Positions 52,252 through 62,925 of a stretch of 64,000 nucleotides of DNA are shown piece after piece. Source of the stretch: Spirochaetia bacterium (lineage in GTDB: Bacteria > Spirochaetota > Spirochaetia > UBA9216); NCBI GenBank assembly GCA_965140585.1, contig OZ223270.1:1-64000 (forward strand), written 5' to 3'. Under the pieces are notes generated by a model. It searched no databases. It was not told the DNA's origin and saw only the letters and a program-made list of their open reading frames with translations. Each line of letters starts with the position of its first letter. Position 1 is the first letter of the stretch. The position numbers and the translations under genes are program-made.

Positions 52252-53403
52252 TCAGGCTTCAGCGCCTCCTATCACCCACATTCCGCCGTCCGGACTCATA
52301 ATTTCGGGAATGTCCTTTCTAATGACAACCATATCCTCAATCTTAACATGACCTGTTTCTTTTGTCTTATACTCCATCTCAAGTGAAAGAACCATTCCCT
52401 CAAGAAGACTTTCAGAGGAGCTACGGCTGACCACCGGTTTTTCATGATGAACCATGCCGATGCCGTGCGCTATAAACTTTCCATTAAGGCCCGGAGATGT
52501 TCTTTCAATAAAAGAATCAGCTTCAAGCTGAATCTCAGAAACGGCGGCTCCGGAAACCAGGTAATCAAGCATGTGCTTTTCAAGTCCGTCACAAAGGCCG
52601 AGAAGGTTTTCCGCCTCTGCAGTTGGGTTTCCAATGTGGCCGGTGCGGCAGGTTTCAGCTATACAACCGTTGCTCAGCATGGCCCCAGTATCTATATGCA
52701 GAATATGCCCCTCCCTGAACGTCCTTTTCGGGGAAGCCGCCCGGAACATGTCAGGCCCGGCGCACACAAGGGCATACAGAAAATGCAGTCCCGATTCAGA
52801 GAACTTCTTCTTGAGAATGTCAGCAAGTTCCAGAGTTGTCATGCCCGGTGCTGCAGCGGCAAGGCATTCATTCACCGCTTTCAGATTGAGCAGTGTTCCC
52901 TGCCTTATTATTTCAATTTCTTTTTCAGATTTAACCGCCCGCAGAGTATCCATCAGGCCGGTAATATCAACAAACTCAGCCTGCGGAAGCTCATTTTTCA
53001 GAGTCAGATAGGCATCAGCAGGAAGAGCTGTCAATTCGACTCCTATCTTTCCTGTTTTAAGACCTCTCGACTTAATCTCTTTTGCAGTCTGCTCTGATGC
53101 AGATATGGAATTGAGCTTTGGACTTTCAACACAGTCCTCAAGCCAGATATCGGATTCTGCACTTACCTCATTTTCACCGGGGCGGCCGACAAAGAAAGCG
53201 TTTGAAAGTCCTGCTCCCGGAATAACTATATAAGGAAGGTACTGGGTTCCACGGGTGTGGGTATCCCAGACGAATAGCGGATAAAAATATCCACCGGTAA
53301 GATATCTTACGTTATGCCTGGAGGAAACAAGAATGATATCAAGCCCTTCCTTCTTCATCAGTTCACTGAGTAAATCTGTATTAAATTCGGGTTTCTTTCT
53401 CAT
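52252..53403 (-). CDS. M24 family (Xaa-Pro peptidase/creatinase fold) hydrolase
   Basis: N.RYLTG, LRAVKSEKEI, HIDTG, HGIG..HE.P, L.EGMVLSLE, KIEDMV. Confidence 0.88.
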   Translation of the reverse strand: MRKKPEFNTDLLSELMKKEGLDIILVSSRHNVRYLTGGYFYPLFVWDTHTRGTQYLPYIVIPGAGLSNAFFVGRPGENEVSAESDIWLEDCVESPKLNSISASEQTAKEIKSRGLKTGKIGVELTALPADAYLTLKNELPQAEFVDITGLMDTLRAVKSEKEIEIIRQGTLLNLKAVNECLAAAAPGMTTLELADILKKKFSESGLHFLYALVCAGPDMFRAASPKRTFREGHILHIDTGAMLSNGCIAETCRTGHIGNPTAEAENLLGLCDGLEKHMLDYLVSGAAVSEIQLEADSFIERTSPGLNGKFIAHGIGMVHHEKPVVSRSSSESLLEGMVLSLEMEYKTKETGHVKIEDMVVIRKDIPEIMSPDGGMWVIGGAEA

Positions 53404-53523
53404 TGCGGTCTCCTTAAAAACTTGTTTACACAGGGGCTGCGTAATATTATACTTATATTATAAGTTAATTATACTATCAATTTTATAATATTTAAATATC
53501 TAATTCATAAATAAGGACTATAA

Positions 53524-54321
53524 ATGAAAAAAGTAAAAATTCTGTTTGCAGCGGTAATCTTATTGGCCTTTTCAGGAATTGCAGTTAAAGAAGCTTTATT
53601 ATCAAACAGCCCTGAAACATATGTTTGGGGGCTTCATCTGTGGAAAAATATTGATACTGAATACTGCAGACTTTACTATTTTAATAACGATGAAGAAGTC
53701 AAAAAGGCATCAAAAATTATTGATGATATTTATTCAGAAGCTGTGGGGTTATTTAAACATGGAACAAAAACCTCTCCAAGCGAAGACAATCTTATACCTA
53801 TTATCCTGCTTGATAATAACACCTATTATAAAACCTATCCTAATGGCCCAGGTGCCGCCTGGAACGGTAATTCTATGATCATAAATATAGAAAAGGTACG
53901 TTCCGGATCAATACAAGGCGCACTTCTTCATGAATTCATACATGCAGTAACTTTATACAGCGAAGACACAACAGTCACCGGGGCTCCAGGTTGGTTTTGT
54001 GAAGGTATAGCACAGTATCACCAGTATTATGCCCGGAAACTTGTTCTTGAAGCAGCTGCCGATAATCGTCTTATCGAGTGGGATGAGATAACAATACAGT
54101 CAGGACAGTGGGGGACAACTGATCGTCCACTTAAATATGCCGTATCAACTTCAATCTATGATTTTTTAATTAATACTTATGGAATTGATAATATTAATGG
54201 AATTTTTTACACAGACGGTGATTTTTCTGAAATAATTTTAAATATCACAGGCCTGACACTTCCACAACTTGAAAAGGTCTGGAAAGAATATGTATTGCAA
54301 AAGAGGAGTAGAATATTATGA
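53524..54321 (+). CDS. Secreted zinc metallopeptidase (peptidase MA-like)
   Basis: Signal peptide; LLHEFIH ... PGWFCEGIAQY; AT-rich. Confidence 0.8.
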   Translation: MKKVKILFAAVILLAFSGIAVKEALLSNSPETYVWGLHLWKNIDTEYCRLYYFNNDEEVKKASKIIDDIYSEAVGLFKHGTKTSPSEDNLIPIILLDNNTYYKTYPNGPGAAWNGNSMIINIEKVRSGSIQGALLHEFIHAVTLYSEDTTVTGAPGWFCEGIAQYHQYYARKLVLEAAADNRLIEWDEITIQSGQWGTTDRPLKYAVSTSIYDFLINTYGIDNINGIFYTDGDFSEIILNITGLTLPQLEKVWKEYVLQKRSRIL

Positions 54322-54776
54322 CACTGAATTCCAAATTTGTTTTCAAGGTTGAGGTCGAGGTTGAAGCTCCGATACTCGTAGGTCAGGACTCGGTTTCAGG
54401 CAGGAGACAGCTAATACCTATTGGCGCAGGAACAGTCGAAGGTCCTGAAATCAAAGGAACTGTTCTGCCCGGCGGAGTAGACAGCCAGATAATCCGGCCT
54501 GACGGCAGATGCGAACTCTCAGCCAGATATGCCCTGAAATTTGATGACGGCTGCGGAGTATATCTAGAAAATAACGGCATAAGAACCGTACCGAAGGAGT
54601 ATGTAGAAAAAGTCCTGAATGGCGGGTTCATCGATCCTTCATTGTACTATTTCAGAACAACACCTGTTTTTGAGGTATACGATGAAAAATATATGTGGCT
54701 GAAAAACAATCATTTTATATGCAGCGGTGAGCGGCTTCCGGATAAGGTACGTATCAGCTTTTACATGGTCGGCTAA
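54318..54776 (+). CDS. DUF3237 family protein
   Basis: G.RQLIPI..G.V.G...GTVLPGG.D.Q, LSARY, YYFRTTP.FE...Y.WL. Confidence 0.88.
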   Translation: MTLNSKFVFKVEVEVEAPILVGQDSVSGRRQLIPIGAGTVEGPEIKGTVLPGGVDSQIIRPDGRCELSARYALKFDDGCGVYLENNGIRTVPKEYVEKVLNGGFIDPSLYYFRTTPVFEVYDEKYMWLKNNHFICSGERLPDKVRISFYMVG

Positions 54777-54823
54777 AAAAATCCCCGGCTTGTGATGTTC
54801 TAAGGCGCAAGCCGAGGATTTTT
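54776..54823. terminator. Bidirectional intrinsic terminator
   Basis: AAAAATCCCCGGCTTG...CAAGCCGAGGATTTTT between convergent genes. Confidence 0.8.
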
Positions 54824-54835
54824 GTTAAAAACTGT

Positions 54836-55740
54836 TTATTTGGAAGAAGCTTCCGCAAGTTCCTTGAGAAGAGTATCAACCATCAGATCGCCTAAATCTT
54901 TTCTTACCATTTCGATTACAGGTTTTGCCGCCTCAGCCATCTTTACATAATCAGCATCACTGAACTCAATAACTTCAAGACCTGCGTCCTTGAGCTTCGC
55001 AAGTGATTCTTCATTTACACGGATTGAATTCTCATATACATACTTGTCAACTTCTACAAATACATCCTTCATAATCTGCTGGTATTCAGCAGGCAGACTG
55101 TTATAAAAATCGAGATTCATTACATAACCGCTGCAGAACATTACATGGTGGGTCAGCACAATGTATTTCTGCTGTTCATAAATCTTGCTTGAAAGAATTT
55201 TATCAAAGGGGTTTTCCTGAGCCTCAACAAGACCCTGCTGTAGACCAACATAAAGTTCGCTGAAGGCAATAGGAGTAGGATTAGCGCCAAGAGCCTTCGA
55301 GTATGCCATGTGAAGCGGATGCTCCATAGTCTGATCTTAAGGCCTTTAAGATCATCAGCAGTTCTGATCTCCTTATTACTGGAAACCTCTCTGTAACCAA
55401 CCGGAATAACGCCGCTCATCAGCTTAAGATTGGATTCAGTTAGCACATCGTCAACCATTTTGATAAATTCACCTTCTGAATTGAACCGCCCTTTACGTTC
55501 TGGTCAAGTTCCATGATGTTGCCAAGCTGGAAGGCCGGATAATTATCAATCACAATTTTACCTGCTGAGCGTTCAGCAGCAAGTTTCTTTAAGAGATTTG
55601 CACCCTCATTCGCAAAAGAATTATCCGGTGAGCCGTGACCGGGGATAATAGTTACTTTAGGTTCATCAGAAGAAACGGCTTCCTGTAAACCTCCCGCAAA
55701 TACTGTTCCTGTTATCATAACAGCCAGGAGACAGATCAGT
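54836..55740 (-). pseudogene. dctP: TRAP solute-binding protein DctP, fragmented
   Basis: Three frames: N-terminal part (VFAGGLQE...YPAFQLG), middle (GYREVSSNKEIRTADDLKGLKIR), C-terminal part (LGANPTPIAFSELY..LQQGLVEAQENP). The start has been deleted. Confidence 0.85.
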
Positions 55741-56630
55741 CCTATGGATAGGTTAATCACAAGAACTACACCAAAATGAACAGGGTCAATCCCAAACATG
55801 GCAATTACGGGCATCATCATGGGAGCAGTTATCGCAATGGCGCCAGCAACATCCGTGAACATACCGATTATCAGAAATATGTATGGATTTGAAAACGTAC
55901 TGGCCAGAAAACTTGCAAGCTCCTGCGCGCATGAGCAAGCGTCATGACCCTTGCAAAAGTCATTGCTGTTATTAAAAGAAAACAGAGCGGTGCAATCGAT
56001 TTTATTGAAGAAAGTAGAATACAGATACAACTGCAACCTCTGTCGGAGTTACGATGCCGCTGTAGATTCCGCCAAGAATAATGACAGGTGTGATAATTGC
56101 CCAGACAATTTCTTTAAGTATATTCAGAAACCCCTTGGCCTTCAGTTCCTCATAGTTAGCGGCAACCTTCTCCTTATCCTCCCCGTTTCTTTTGCAGTAT
56201 ACATAAACATAAAGAATAAGCAGAGCTGCGGAAAAATCCTTCTTGTAGCCGAGGTTTGTCAGTATCGGTATAGTCATTGCCCCTACTGCTGCAGTAGTTA
56301 CAGGCCCGGATCCGCTAATAGCACCATAAAACGCGCAGGTTATGACAACAGCAATCGGAATACCTGCTGTTATCTTCCCGACCAGGTATGCAAATAAGTT
56401 GAACATTTTTTTAGAAATCCCCCCATTGCCATGATGGACCCTGCAAGCTTGAAAAATGGTATGGCAAGTATCGGTGTACTGTCGATACCGCTGACCATCG
56501 CTCTCAGCAGATACAAGACTCCTCCCGGAAATGACGGATTAACAATTCGCGGAATTATCGAACTTATTCCGATGGTAAGTCCGATCGGGAATCCAATAAC
56601 GAGCAGGACAACAAAAACCGAGAAAATTAA
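55741..56630 (-). pseudogene. dctM: TRAP large permease DctM, frameshifted and internally deleted
   Basis: Fragments LAIPFFKLAGSIMA / FYGAISGSG / IILGGIYSGIVTPTE / GIDPVHFGVV lie in different frames; ~890 bp versus 1308 bp for the intact paralog. Confidence 0.85.
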
Positions 56631-57134
56631 CTAAGCATTCACATTCTCCCTGTCTGATGATGTTTTAAAACTGATAATCCCTGTGACTATTGACTGAATT
56701 GCGCGCAGGGCGCCGACAAGAAGACCTGCACCGGCAAATATATAAAAAATAAACACCGGCATCTGCAGACCGGTTGTGATGTTTCCAGTAGCCTTAGTCT
56801 GCTCTACTGCTACCAGAGAGTAGTAAAAACAGAAACTGTAGAATAACAGAAAACTGATATCAATTATGATATTCATTATTTTCTGTGCAACTTCAGGAAG
56901 TTTCTTCACCAGCTGACTAATGCGAAAATTGGATCTGTTCTTAATACAGAATCCCAATGTCATAAATGAAAATAGAATAAAACAATACCTGGCCGTTTCT
57001 TCCAGCCAGCCGAGGGCGTTATGAAATATATATCTCATAATCACCTGAAACATAATTAAAATGCTCATTAGAACGAGCATCGCCACGAGAAAGATTTTCT
57101 CGAGGTTATTATCCAGCCACCTGATAATCCCCAT
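56631..57134 (-). CDS. dctQ: TRAP small permease DctQ
   Basis: QVIMRY.F...L.WLEETARY; four TM helices. Confidence 0.85.
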   Translation of the reverse strand: MGIIRWLDNNLEKIFLVAMLVLMSILIMFQVIMRYIFHNALGWLEETARYCFILFSFMTLGFCIKNRSNFRISQLVKKLPEVAQKIMNIIIDISFLLFYSFCFYYSLVAVEQTKATGNITTGLQMPVFIFYIFAGAGLLVGALRAIQSIVTGIISFKTSSDRENVNA

Positions 57135-57296
57135 AACTCCTTCTAAATAGATACTTTTTTAATTATTTCTTGATTATAATCTAACGATATATGATCATAG
57201 TTTATTATCTTGTCAATAGAATTTATTCGGCGAATCCATTACGGTTATAACCTGAGATTCTCAACAATCATCTATTTTTCAATACGGGGGATTTTT

Positions 57297-58679
57297 ATGG
57301 CTATTTTTGAAACCATCACAGAAAACGGAGAAATTTCAGGATTGCCTGCAGGCAACCAGGGAATCAGTTTTTTTAAAGGTATACCTTACGCAAAGCCGCC
57401 TGTCGGTGATTTACGCTGGAAGGCTCCTCAACCGGCAGAAAACTGGAAAGGTATCTACAACGCTTACTCATTTTCAGATATCCCGATGCAGTGCAGAGTT
57501 CCCGGAACCTCGATGTATAGAAAAGAATTTTATCCTGTGGATCTGCCACGAAGCGAAGACAGCCTGTACCTGAACATCTGGACTCCCGCAAAAAGTACGG
57601 ACGAAAAGCTTCCTGTGGCGCTGTGGATCTATGGAGGCGGATTCGTACAGGGCTACTCCGACAAAATGGAAACCGACGGAGAGGCCTTCGCCAAAAGAGG
57701 CGTCATTTACGTTTCGCTCAACTACAGACTTAACGTCTTCGGCTTTTTCAGTCACCCTGAACTTTCGGCGGAGTCAGAGAAGGAAACAGGTATCAGAACA
57801 TCAGGTAATTATGGAATTCTTGATCAGATAGCAGCCTTAAAGTGGATACGCAGGAACATTGAAGCCTTTGGAGGCGATCCTGATAAAATTACCGTATTCG
57901 GCCAGTCTGCCGGAGCCATGAGCGTACAGACTCTTCTTTCATCAAAGCTTACCGAAGGCGACATTGACAAGGCAATTATGCAGAGCGCAGCCGGGCTCGG
58001 CTGGATGCAGACAATCAGCAAATTGGAGATTTCGGAAGCTGAAAAGCAGGGAGAAGAGTTTCTTAAGGATATTAAAGTTAAGAATATTGACGAGGCAAGA
58101 AAAATACCTGCAGAAGAGCTTATTAATCATTTTGCAAAGGCTATAAGCCCTGAAGGCCTTCAGTATATGCCGGTGATCGACGGATATGTCCTGGAGAATA
58201 ATCTGATTTCCCTCGCAAAACAGAATAAAACACACAATGTACCGACAATGATCGGCTGTACATCGGACGATCTCTCTTTCAGTGAGGATAAAAAGAATGA
58301 TATCCACATCGGCTGTACAGCATGGTCAAGGCTTCAAAACAGGCTGGGGCATAAGCCGGTTTATCAGTACTACTTTAATCATGCTGTTCCCGACAGCGAT
58401 ATTGGAACTTTTCATTCTTCAGAGCATATGTATGTTTTTCAGACCTTTCTAAGAGGATGGAGATCGTATTCAGGTACGGATTTTGATTTGTCAAACAGGA
58501 TGTGCGCCTACTGGACCAATTTTGTAAAAACCGGGAATCCGAACGCGCCTGAACTTCCTGAATGGAAACCGTACACAAACAAAGCGCCAAACGTAATCGA
58601 ACTTTTTAATGAAAAAAAATCAAGAGAACTTCCGCCAGCCGAGCAAACTACTGCTGAAGCAGACAATTACATCAAGTAA
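57297..58679 (+). CDS. Type B carboxylesterase (PnbA-like)
   Basis: FKGIPYAKPPVGDLRW, SEDSLYLNIW, YGGGF, GQSAG, FHSSE, WTNF.KTG.PN. Start moved to MAIFETI. Confidence 0.93.
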   Translation: MAIFETITENGEISGLPAGNQGISFFKGIPYAKPPVGDLRWKAPQPAENWKGIYNAYSFSDIPMQCRVPGTSMYRKEFYPVDLPRSEDSLYLNIWTPAKSTDEKLPVALWIYGGGFVQGYSDKMETDGEAFAKRGVIYVSLNYRLNVFGFFSHPELSAESEKETGIRTSGNYGILDQIAALKWIRRNIEAFGGDPDKITVFGQSAGAMSVQTLLSSKLTEGDIDKAIMQSAAGLGWMQTISKLEISEAEKQGEEFLKDIKVKNIDEARKIPAEELINHFAKAISPEGLQYMPVIDGYVLENNLISLAKQNKTHNVPTMIGCTSDDLSFSEDKKNDIHIGCTAWSRLQNRLGHKPVYQYYFNHAVPDSDIGTFHSSEHMYVFQTFLRGWRSYSGTDFDLSNRMCAYWTNFVKTGNPNAPELPEWKPYTNKAPNVIELFNEKKSRELPPAEQTTAEADNYIK

Positions 58680-58681
58680 AC

Positions 58682-58711
58682 AAAAAAAAGGGAGTCACGA
58701 CTGACTCCCCC
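58682..58711 (-). terminator. Intrinsic terminator for the dctQMP operon
   Basis: Minus strand GGGAGTCA-GTCG-TGACTCCC-TTTTTTTT. Confidence 0.85.
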
Positions 58712-58747
58712 CGGCAACTACGATTTACCTTAAAAATATCAAATATT

Positions 58748-59794
58748 TTATTTTTTAGCCTTTGCAAGACTGTCAAAAAGACTGTCAACGAGATCTGCAC
58801 CCAGATCATCTGCAATCATTTTGTTTGTACCTTCTGCAATTTTCTTCATATCTGAGTAAAGCTTCTCACTCGGCTGGAGGAACTCCATTCCCTTTTCTTT
58901 TGCCATAGCTGCAAACATTATATCATCCTTTTCGCCGCCTTCAGCGATTCTTGGAGTAGCTCTGTCAATGAACTGCATAAGAACGTCCTGCTGAGCCTTT
59001 GACATGCTGTTCCAGGTATCAAGACCTGTAACCATCTGCACGAAGAAAAGTACATGGTTAGTGAGAACAACATAATCCTGCTGTTCATGGAAACCATTAA
59101 GAACACATACAACTACCGGGTTTTCCTGTGCATCAACAAGGCCCTGCTGAAGAGCAAGATAAAGTTCTGCGAAATTGATAGGAGTTGCACTTGCTCCAAG
59201 AGAATTCCAGAAATTCATGTGATACTTGTTTTCCATGGTTCTTATTCTAATTCCCTTGAAATCATCAATATTCTCAATTTTCTTGCTAGAAGACATAACT
59301 CTGTACATTCTTGAGCTGAAAAGAGTAAGAAGCTTGAATCCTGCTTTTTCAAAAGCAGCATCCATTTTTGTACGGAAATCACCTACTTCACCGCTCATAA
59401 CTGCATCAATTTCGTCCCAGGAATATCCTGCGAAAGCCATCGGCATATCAAGAACAGCAACCTCAGGAACAAAGGATACCATTGGTGATGGTGCACCGAA
59501 GAGTATTCCCTGATCTCCGAGCTGTACAGATTCAGCCATTTCACGGTCACCGCCAAGCTGTGCAGCCGGGTAGATGTCAAACTTGAATACACCATCGGTT
59601 TCTTCAGCAATTTTTGCGGCTTCTTCTTTAACAACGATATCACCTGATTGACCTTCAGCAGAGGCATAACCGATTGATATTGTTATAGGTTTAAGTGTAC
59701 CGTCATCAGCAGTCTCACCCTGGCCTCCTGCAAATGAGTAGCCTGCAACAGCAATTGCAAGCACAAGAACTAATACGATTTTTTTTGCTTTCAT
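58748..59794 (-). CDS. dctP: TRAP solute-binding protein DctP
   Basis: Signal peptide, YPAAQLGGDRE, FKGIRIRTME, ELYLALQQGLVDAQENP; AGGAG RBS. Confidence 0.93.
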   Translation of the reverse strand: MKAKKIVLVLVLAIAVAGYSFAGGQGETADDGTLKPITISIGYASAEGQSGDIVVKEEAAKIAEETDGVFKFDIYPAAQLGGDREMAESVQLGDQGILFGAPSPMVSFVPEVAVLDMPMAFAGYSWDEIDAVMSGEVGDFRTKMDAAFEKAGFKLLTLFSSRMYRVMSSSKKIENIDDFKGIRIRTMENKYHMNFWNSLGASATPINFAELYLALQQGLVDAQENPVVVCVLNGFHEQQDYVVLTNHVLFFVQMVTGLDTWNSMSKAQQDVLMQFIDRATPRIAEGGEKDDIMFAAMAKEKGMEFLQPSEKLYSDMKKIAEGTNKMIADDLGADLVDSLFDSLAKAKK

Positions 59795-59853
59795 TAAACA
59801 CTCCTTAAAAAGCATATACTACGTGTAAAAAACACGGTTAAGCCGAATTTAAA

Positions 59854-61161
59854 TCATCCTTTCATTAGATTAACGAGAAAAAGGCTGATATCGGGTATGA
59901 ATGCTATTAGTAAAAGGGCAATACCGAAACTCAGCACAAAGGGGATGGCCTTGCGGCCTACAGAGAATGCATTCTCATTTACCATTGGTGATATAACAAA
60001 GAGGTTCATACCAAAAGGCGGTGTTACCATTCCTATTGCGAGACAGGAAACCATGATAATACAAAGATGAACCGGGCTTACACCCATCATTACGCCTACC
60101 GGGGCAAACACCGGACCGAGAATTACAACGGCAAAACCTACATCCATAACCATTCCCATCAGCAGCAGAAGGATAATAATCCCTACAATAAATAGAAACG
60201 GTGTTGAAAGAACACTTGATACAAAGGCTCCGACTATACTTGCAGTCTTTAAAACTGTCATCATACGGCTGAAAGACATTGCAAGAGCAATTACCATTAC
60301 CAATGGTGCATACTGCGAAACAGCTTTGGCAAAAATCGGGATAATCTCATTAAACTTTATGGTTTTATAGATAAACAGAGAAACTATCAGCGAATAAGCG
60401 ACAGAAATGGTCGCGGCCTCTGTTGGTGTAACAATACCGCTGTAGATACCTCCCAGGATGATAATAGGAGACATCAACGCGAAAAAACTTTCTCTAAATA
60501 CCCTGAAAAACCCCTTTGCCTTAAGCTCATCAACAGCGGAGTCTATCTTAACACGATCTTCACCATTTTTTTTGCAGTAAATAAATGTGTAGACCATTAG
60601 AGACACAGCAATAAGTATACCCGGGACGATACCGGCAACAAAAATTTCGCCGACTGAAGTCTGTGTCATCATTCCGTAAAATATAAACGGAATACTCGGA
60701 GGGATAATTACACCCAGCCCTCCTGCCGTAGCCACCATTGCCGCAATAAACTTCCTGTCATATCCCAGTTTATCTACTAAAAGAGGAATTGTCATTCCGC
60801 CGACAGCTGCAGCAGTAGCAACTCCGCTTCCCGAAATTGCACCGTAAAAAAGTGCAGTAACAATTGCGGCAATTGGAAGACCTGCTGTACGGCGGCCGAT
60901 TAGATAGGCGAAAACATCAAAAAGCTTCTTTGAAATGTCACCGCGGGCCATAACGGCTCCGGCAAGGATGAACATCGGAATGGCAATAAGAGGAATACTG
61001 TCAGCACCCTGTATTGCCCAGCGGATTACAGTATCAACTTTATACGGAACATTAGAGCCGATAAGCAGAGGAAAAAGGGTTGTAAGGCCCATTGAAGTAA
61101 CAATGGGAATCCCTAGAAATAGAAGTCCAAAAAAAACTAAAAATGCAAGACCAACTATCAT
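59854..61161 (-). CDS. dctM: TRAP large permease DctM
   Basis: LIAIPMFILAG, GAISGSGVA, IIPPSIP, TPTEA, TPPFGMNLF. Confidence 0.95.
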   Translation of the reverse strand: MIVGLAFLVFFGLLFLGIPIVTSMGLTTLFPLLIGSNVPYKVDTVIRWAIQGADSIPLIAIPMFILAGAVMARGDISKKLFDVFAYLIGRRTAGLPIAAIVTALFYGAISGSGVATAAAVGGMTIPLLVDKLGYDRKFIAAMVATAGGLGVIIPPSIPFIFYGMMTQTSVGEIFVAGIVPGILIAVSLMVYTFIYCKKNGEDRVKIDSAVDELKAKGFFRVFRESFFALMSPIIILGGIYSGIVTPTEAATISVAYSLIVSLFIYKTIKFNEIIPIFAKAVSQYAPLVMVIALAMSFSRMMTVLKTASIVGAFVSSVLSTPFLFIVGIIILLLLMGMVMDVGFAVVILGPVFAPVGVMMGVSPVHLCIIMVSCLAIGMVTPPFGMNLFVISPMVNENAFSVGRKAIPFVLSFGIALLLIAFIPDISLFLVNLMKG

Positions 61162-61649
61162 TTCGCCCCCCCCTCTTTAGCTAATGCTTTGTATTTAATA
61201 ATTTTTGACTGAACATAACGAACCACTCCTAGACCAAAGCCCACAGGAGCTGCAAGGTAAACAAACTGCATGGGAATTTCAAGAGCAGAACTGACCTGCC
61301 CTGTCCTTGCTATTGCCATGAATATCATGATTGATCGATAAAAGAAGAATGAAAACAATCCGAATGTCATAATTGCCGCTACTACATCAATAACCCTGCG
61401 CGGCAATTCCGGGAATTTTGAATACAGCGCATCTACAGCAAGGATTTTATCCAGTCTGAAACAGTAACCTATACTTAAAAACGCAGTCCAGACAAACATG
61501 TAGCGGCACACCTCTTCCGCCCAGCTGAGCGGAGCCATGAAAACATAGCGCAGTATTACCTGGAGCAGCATTATCACTCCTATGCCAATCAGAAGAAGGA
61601 TCATTGCTCCTTCCTCCAAATGCCTTTCTATTTTGTGAAAAACATCCAC
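61158..61649 (-). CDS. dctQ: TRAP small permease DctQ
   Basis: QVILRYVF..PLSWAEEVCRY; GTG start after GGAGG. Confidence 0.92.
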   Translation of the reverse strand: MDVFHKIERHLEEGAMILLLIGIGVIMLLQVILRYVFMAPLSWAEEVCRYMFVWTAFLSIGYCFRLDKILAVDALYSKFPELPRRVIDVVAAIMTFGLFSFFFYRSIMIFMAIARTGQVSSALEIPMQFVYLAAPVGFGLGVVRYVQSKIIKYKALAKEGGAK

Positions 61650-61992
61650 CTGAAAAACCTCCCCTTATCGAAAAGCAAATATCGATTAAAAAATATCTTA
61701 AGTATATACAGATTATACGCAGATTATTCATCCTAAGCTCAGGATAGAAATCTGTCAACTTTTTTCCAGGCTAAACTATATTTCTATTAGAAGAATCTCT
61801 TTCAAAACTCAATTAATCAGTATGGATGATTATTTAGTAGAGTCCTCAACCATTTTACCCTATGAATATATTACTTTGCTCGATAACTGATAAAGATCGA
61901 TTTATACCAAATTGACTGATTTTGAGGCATGTCTATCACTTGCTTAAAAATAATAAGAGTGAAAATAAGATTTTCCTAAGGATTTTTTATTT

Positions 61993-62900
61993 TCATATTT
62001 CCGGCAAATGAAAAAAAAGCAGAATTTTGAGCGCAGTCAGACACAATACAGCTATCATGAGGGTACATTTCATATTCCGAAAACCTTTCACGTATATTTT
62101 ATCCGGAATAATATAATCTTTCAGATGAGGGTTCGTTCTTTCCACAGAAGATCTGATCTTGTATCGTTCCTTTTCAGCCGAACTCATCACTTCCAAGAAG
62201 GATTTTCGCCTTTTATTAAAATCTATGAGATCAAAACGTCCTTTATCCTGAATATATCTATTGATTTGATGGGCATCGCAGGCTGCACCCATAAAGAATA
62301 TAGATGAGATATTTTCCGTTCCGTCAATTTATCCATAGAAATTGTGACCTTGGAATCATGAACATCGGCCCCTGTTACAATTGCAGTCAGAAGAGTGCCA
62401 AGATCTGCAGCATCAAGATATAGTTTATATCCTGTCCAAAAGTGTGTTTTTTCTTTGCTGTTCTTCATCCAACCCCAATCACATGTTTTATTCAGGTTTT
62501 CAGTAATTTGCCTGCTTTTTGTCCATGCTGCTGATTTAATCGGGGATCTTCTTTAGGTAAAACAATTTCCCCTTTTTTTGGCAGCCCCGTATTTTTTTAG
62601 CTCGTACGGCTCTTCTTTATTATCTTTTTTCTTGTTTACTGACTTTTCCAGTGCTGAAATAGCGTTAGTATCCCTGAAAAATCTGGTAAACCCACATATT
62701 TTTCTTAATGAAGAATAGCTTTGCAACCCGAGGATGAGATCCTTGCTTGTGATGATTTTGAAAACAGATTTGGCAAGTAAAGCCCTAATGAAATGAATCA
62801 TGGCATATACTTTTCTGCCTGTAATTGAACTTTGTTATTCAACATTGGATAAAAAATCATCGATACTTCGGAGCATGGTAAGAAATGGGCTCACAAAAAA
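61993..62900 (-). mobile_element. Degraded DDE transposase (IS4/IS5-clan-like) remnant
   Basis: Three frame-broken fragments: RALLAK...SLRKICGF; WTGYKL.LD...VTGADVHDS; ERYKIRSSVERTN.HLKD. No terminal inverted repeats identified. Confidence 0.8.
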
Positions 62901-62925
62901 CATATTTATCAAAAGCAAGAATTTC

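Noticed and set aside
56413-57134. dctQ TAG in frame with the dctM N-terminal fragment, suggesting readthrough or a QM fusion
   Set aside because: The rest of dctM is frameshifted and deleted, so decay is the simpler explanation.
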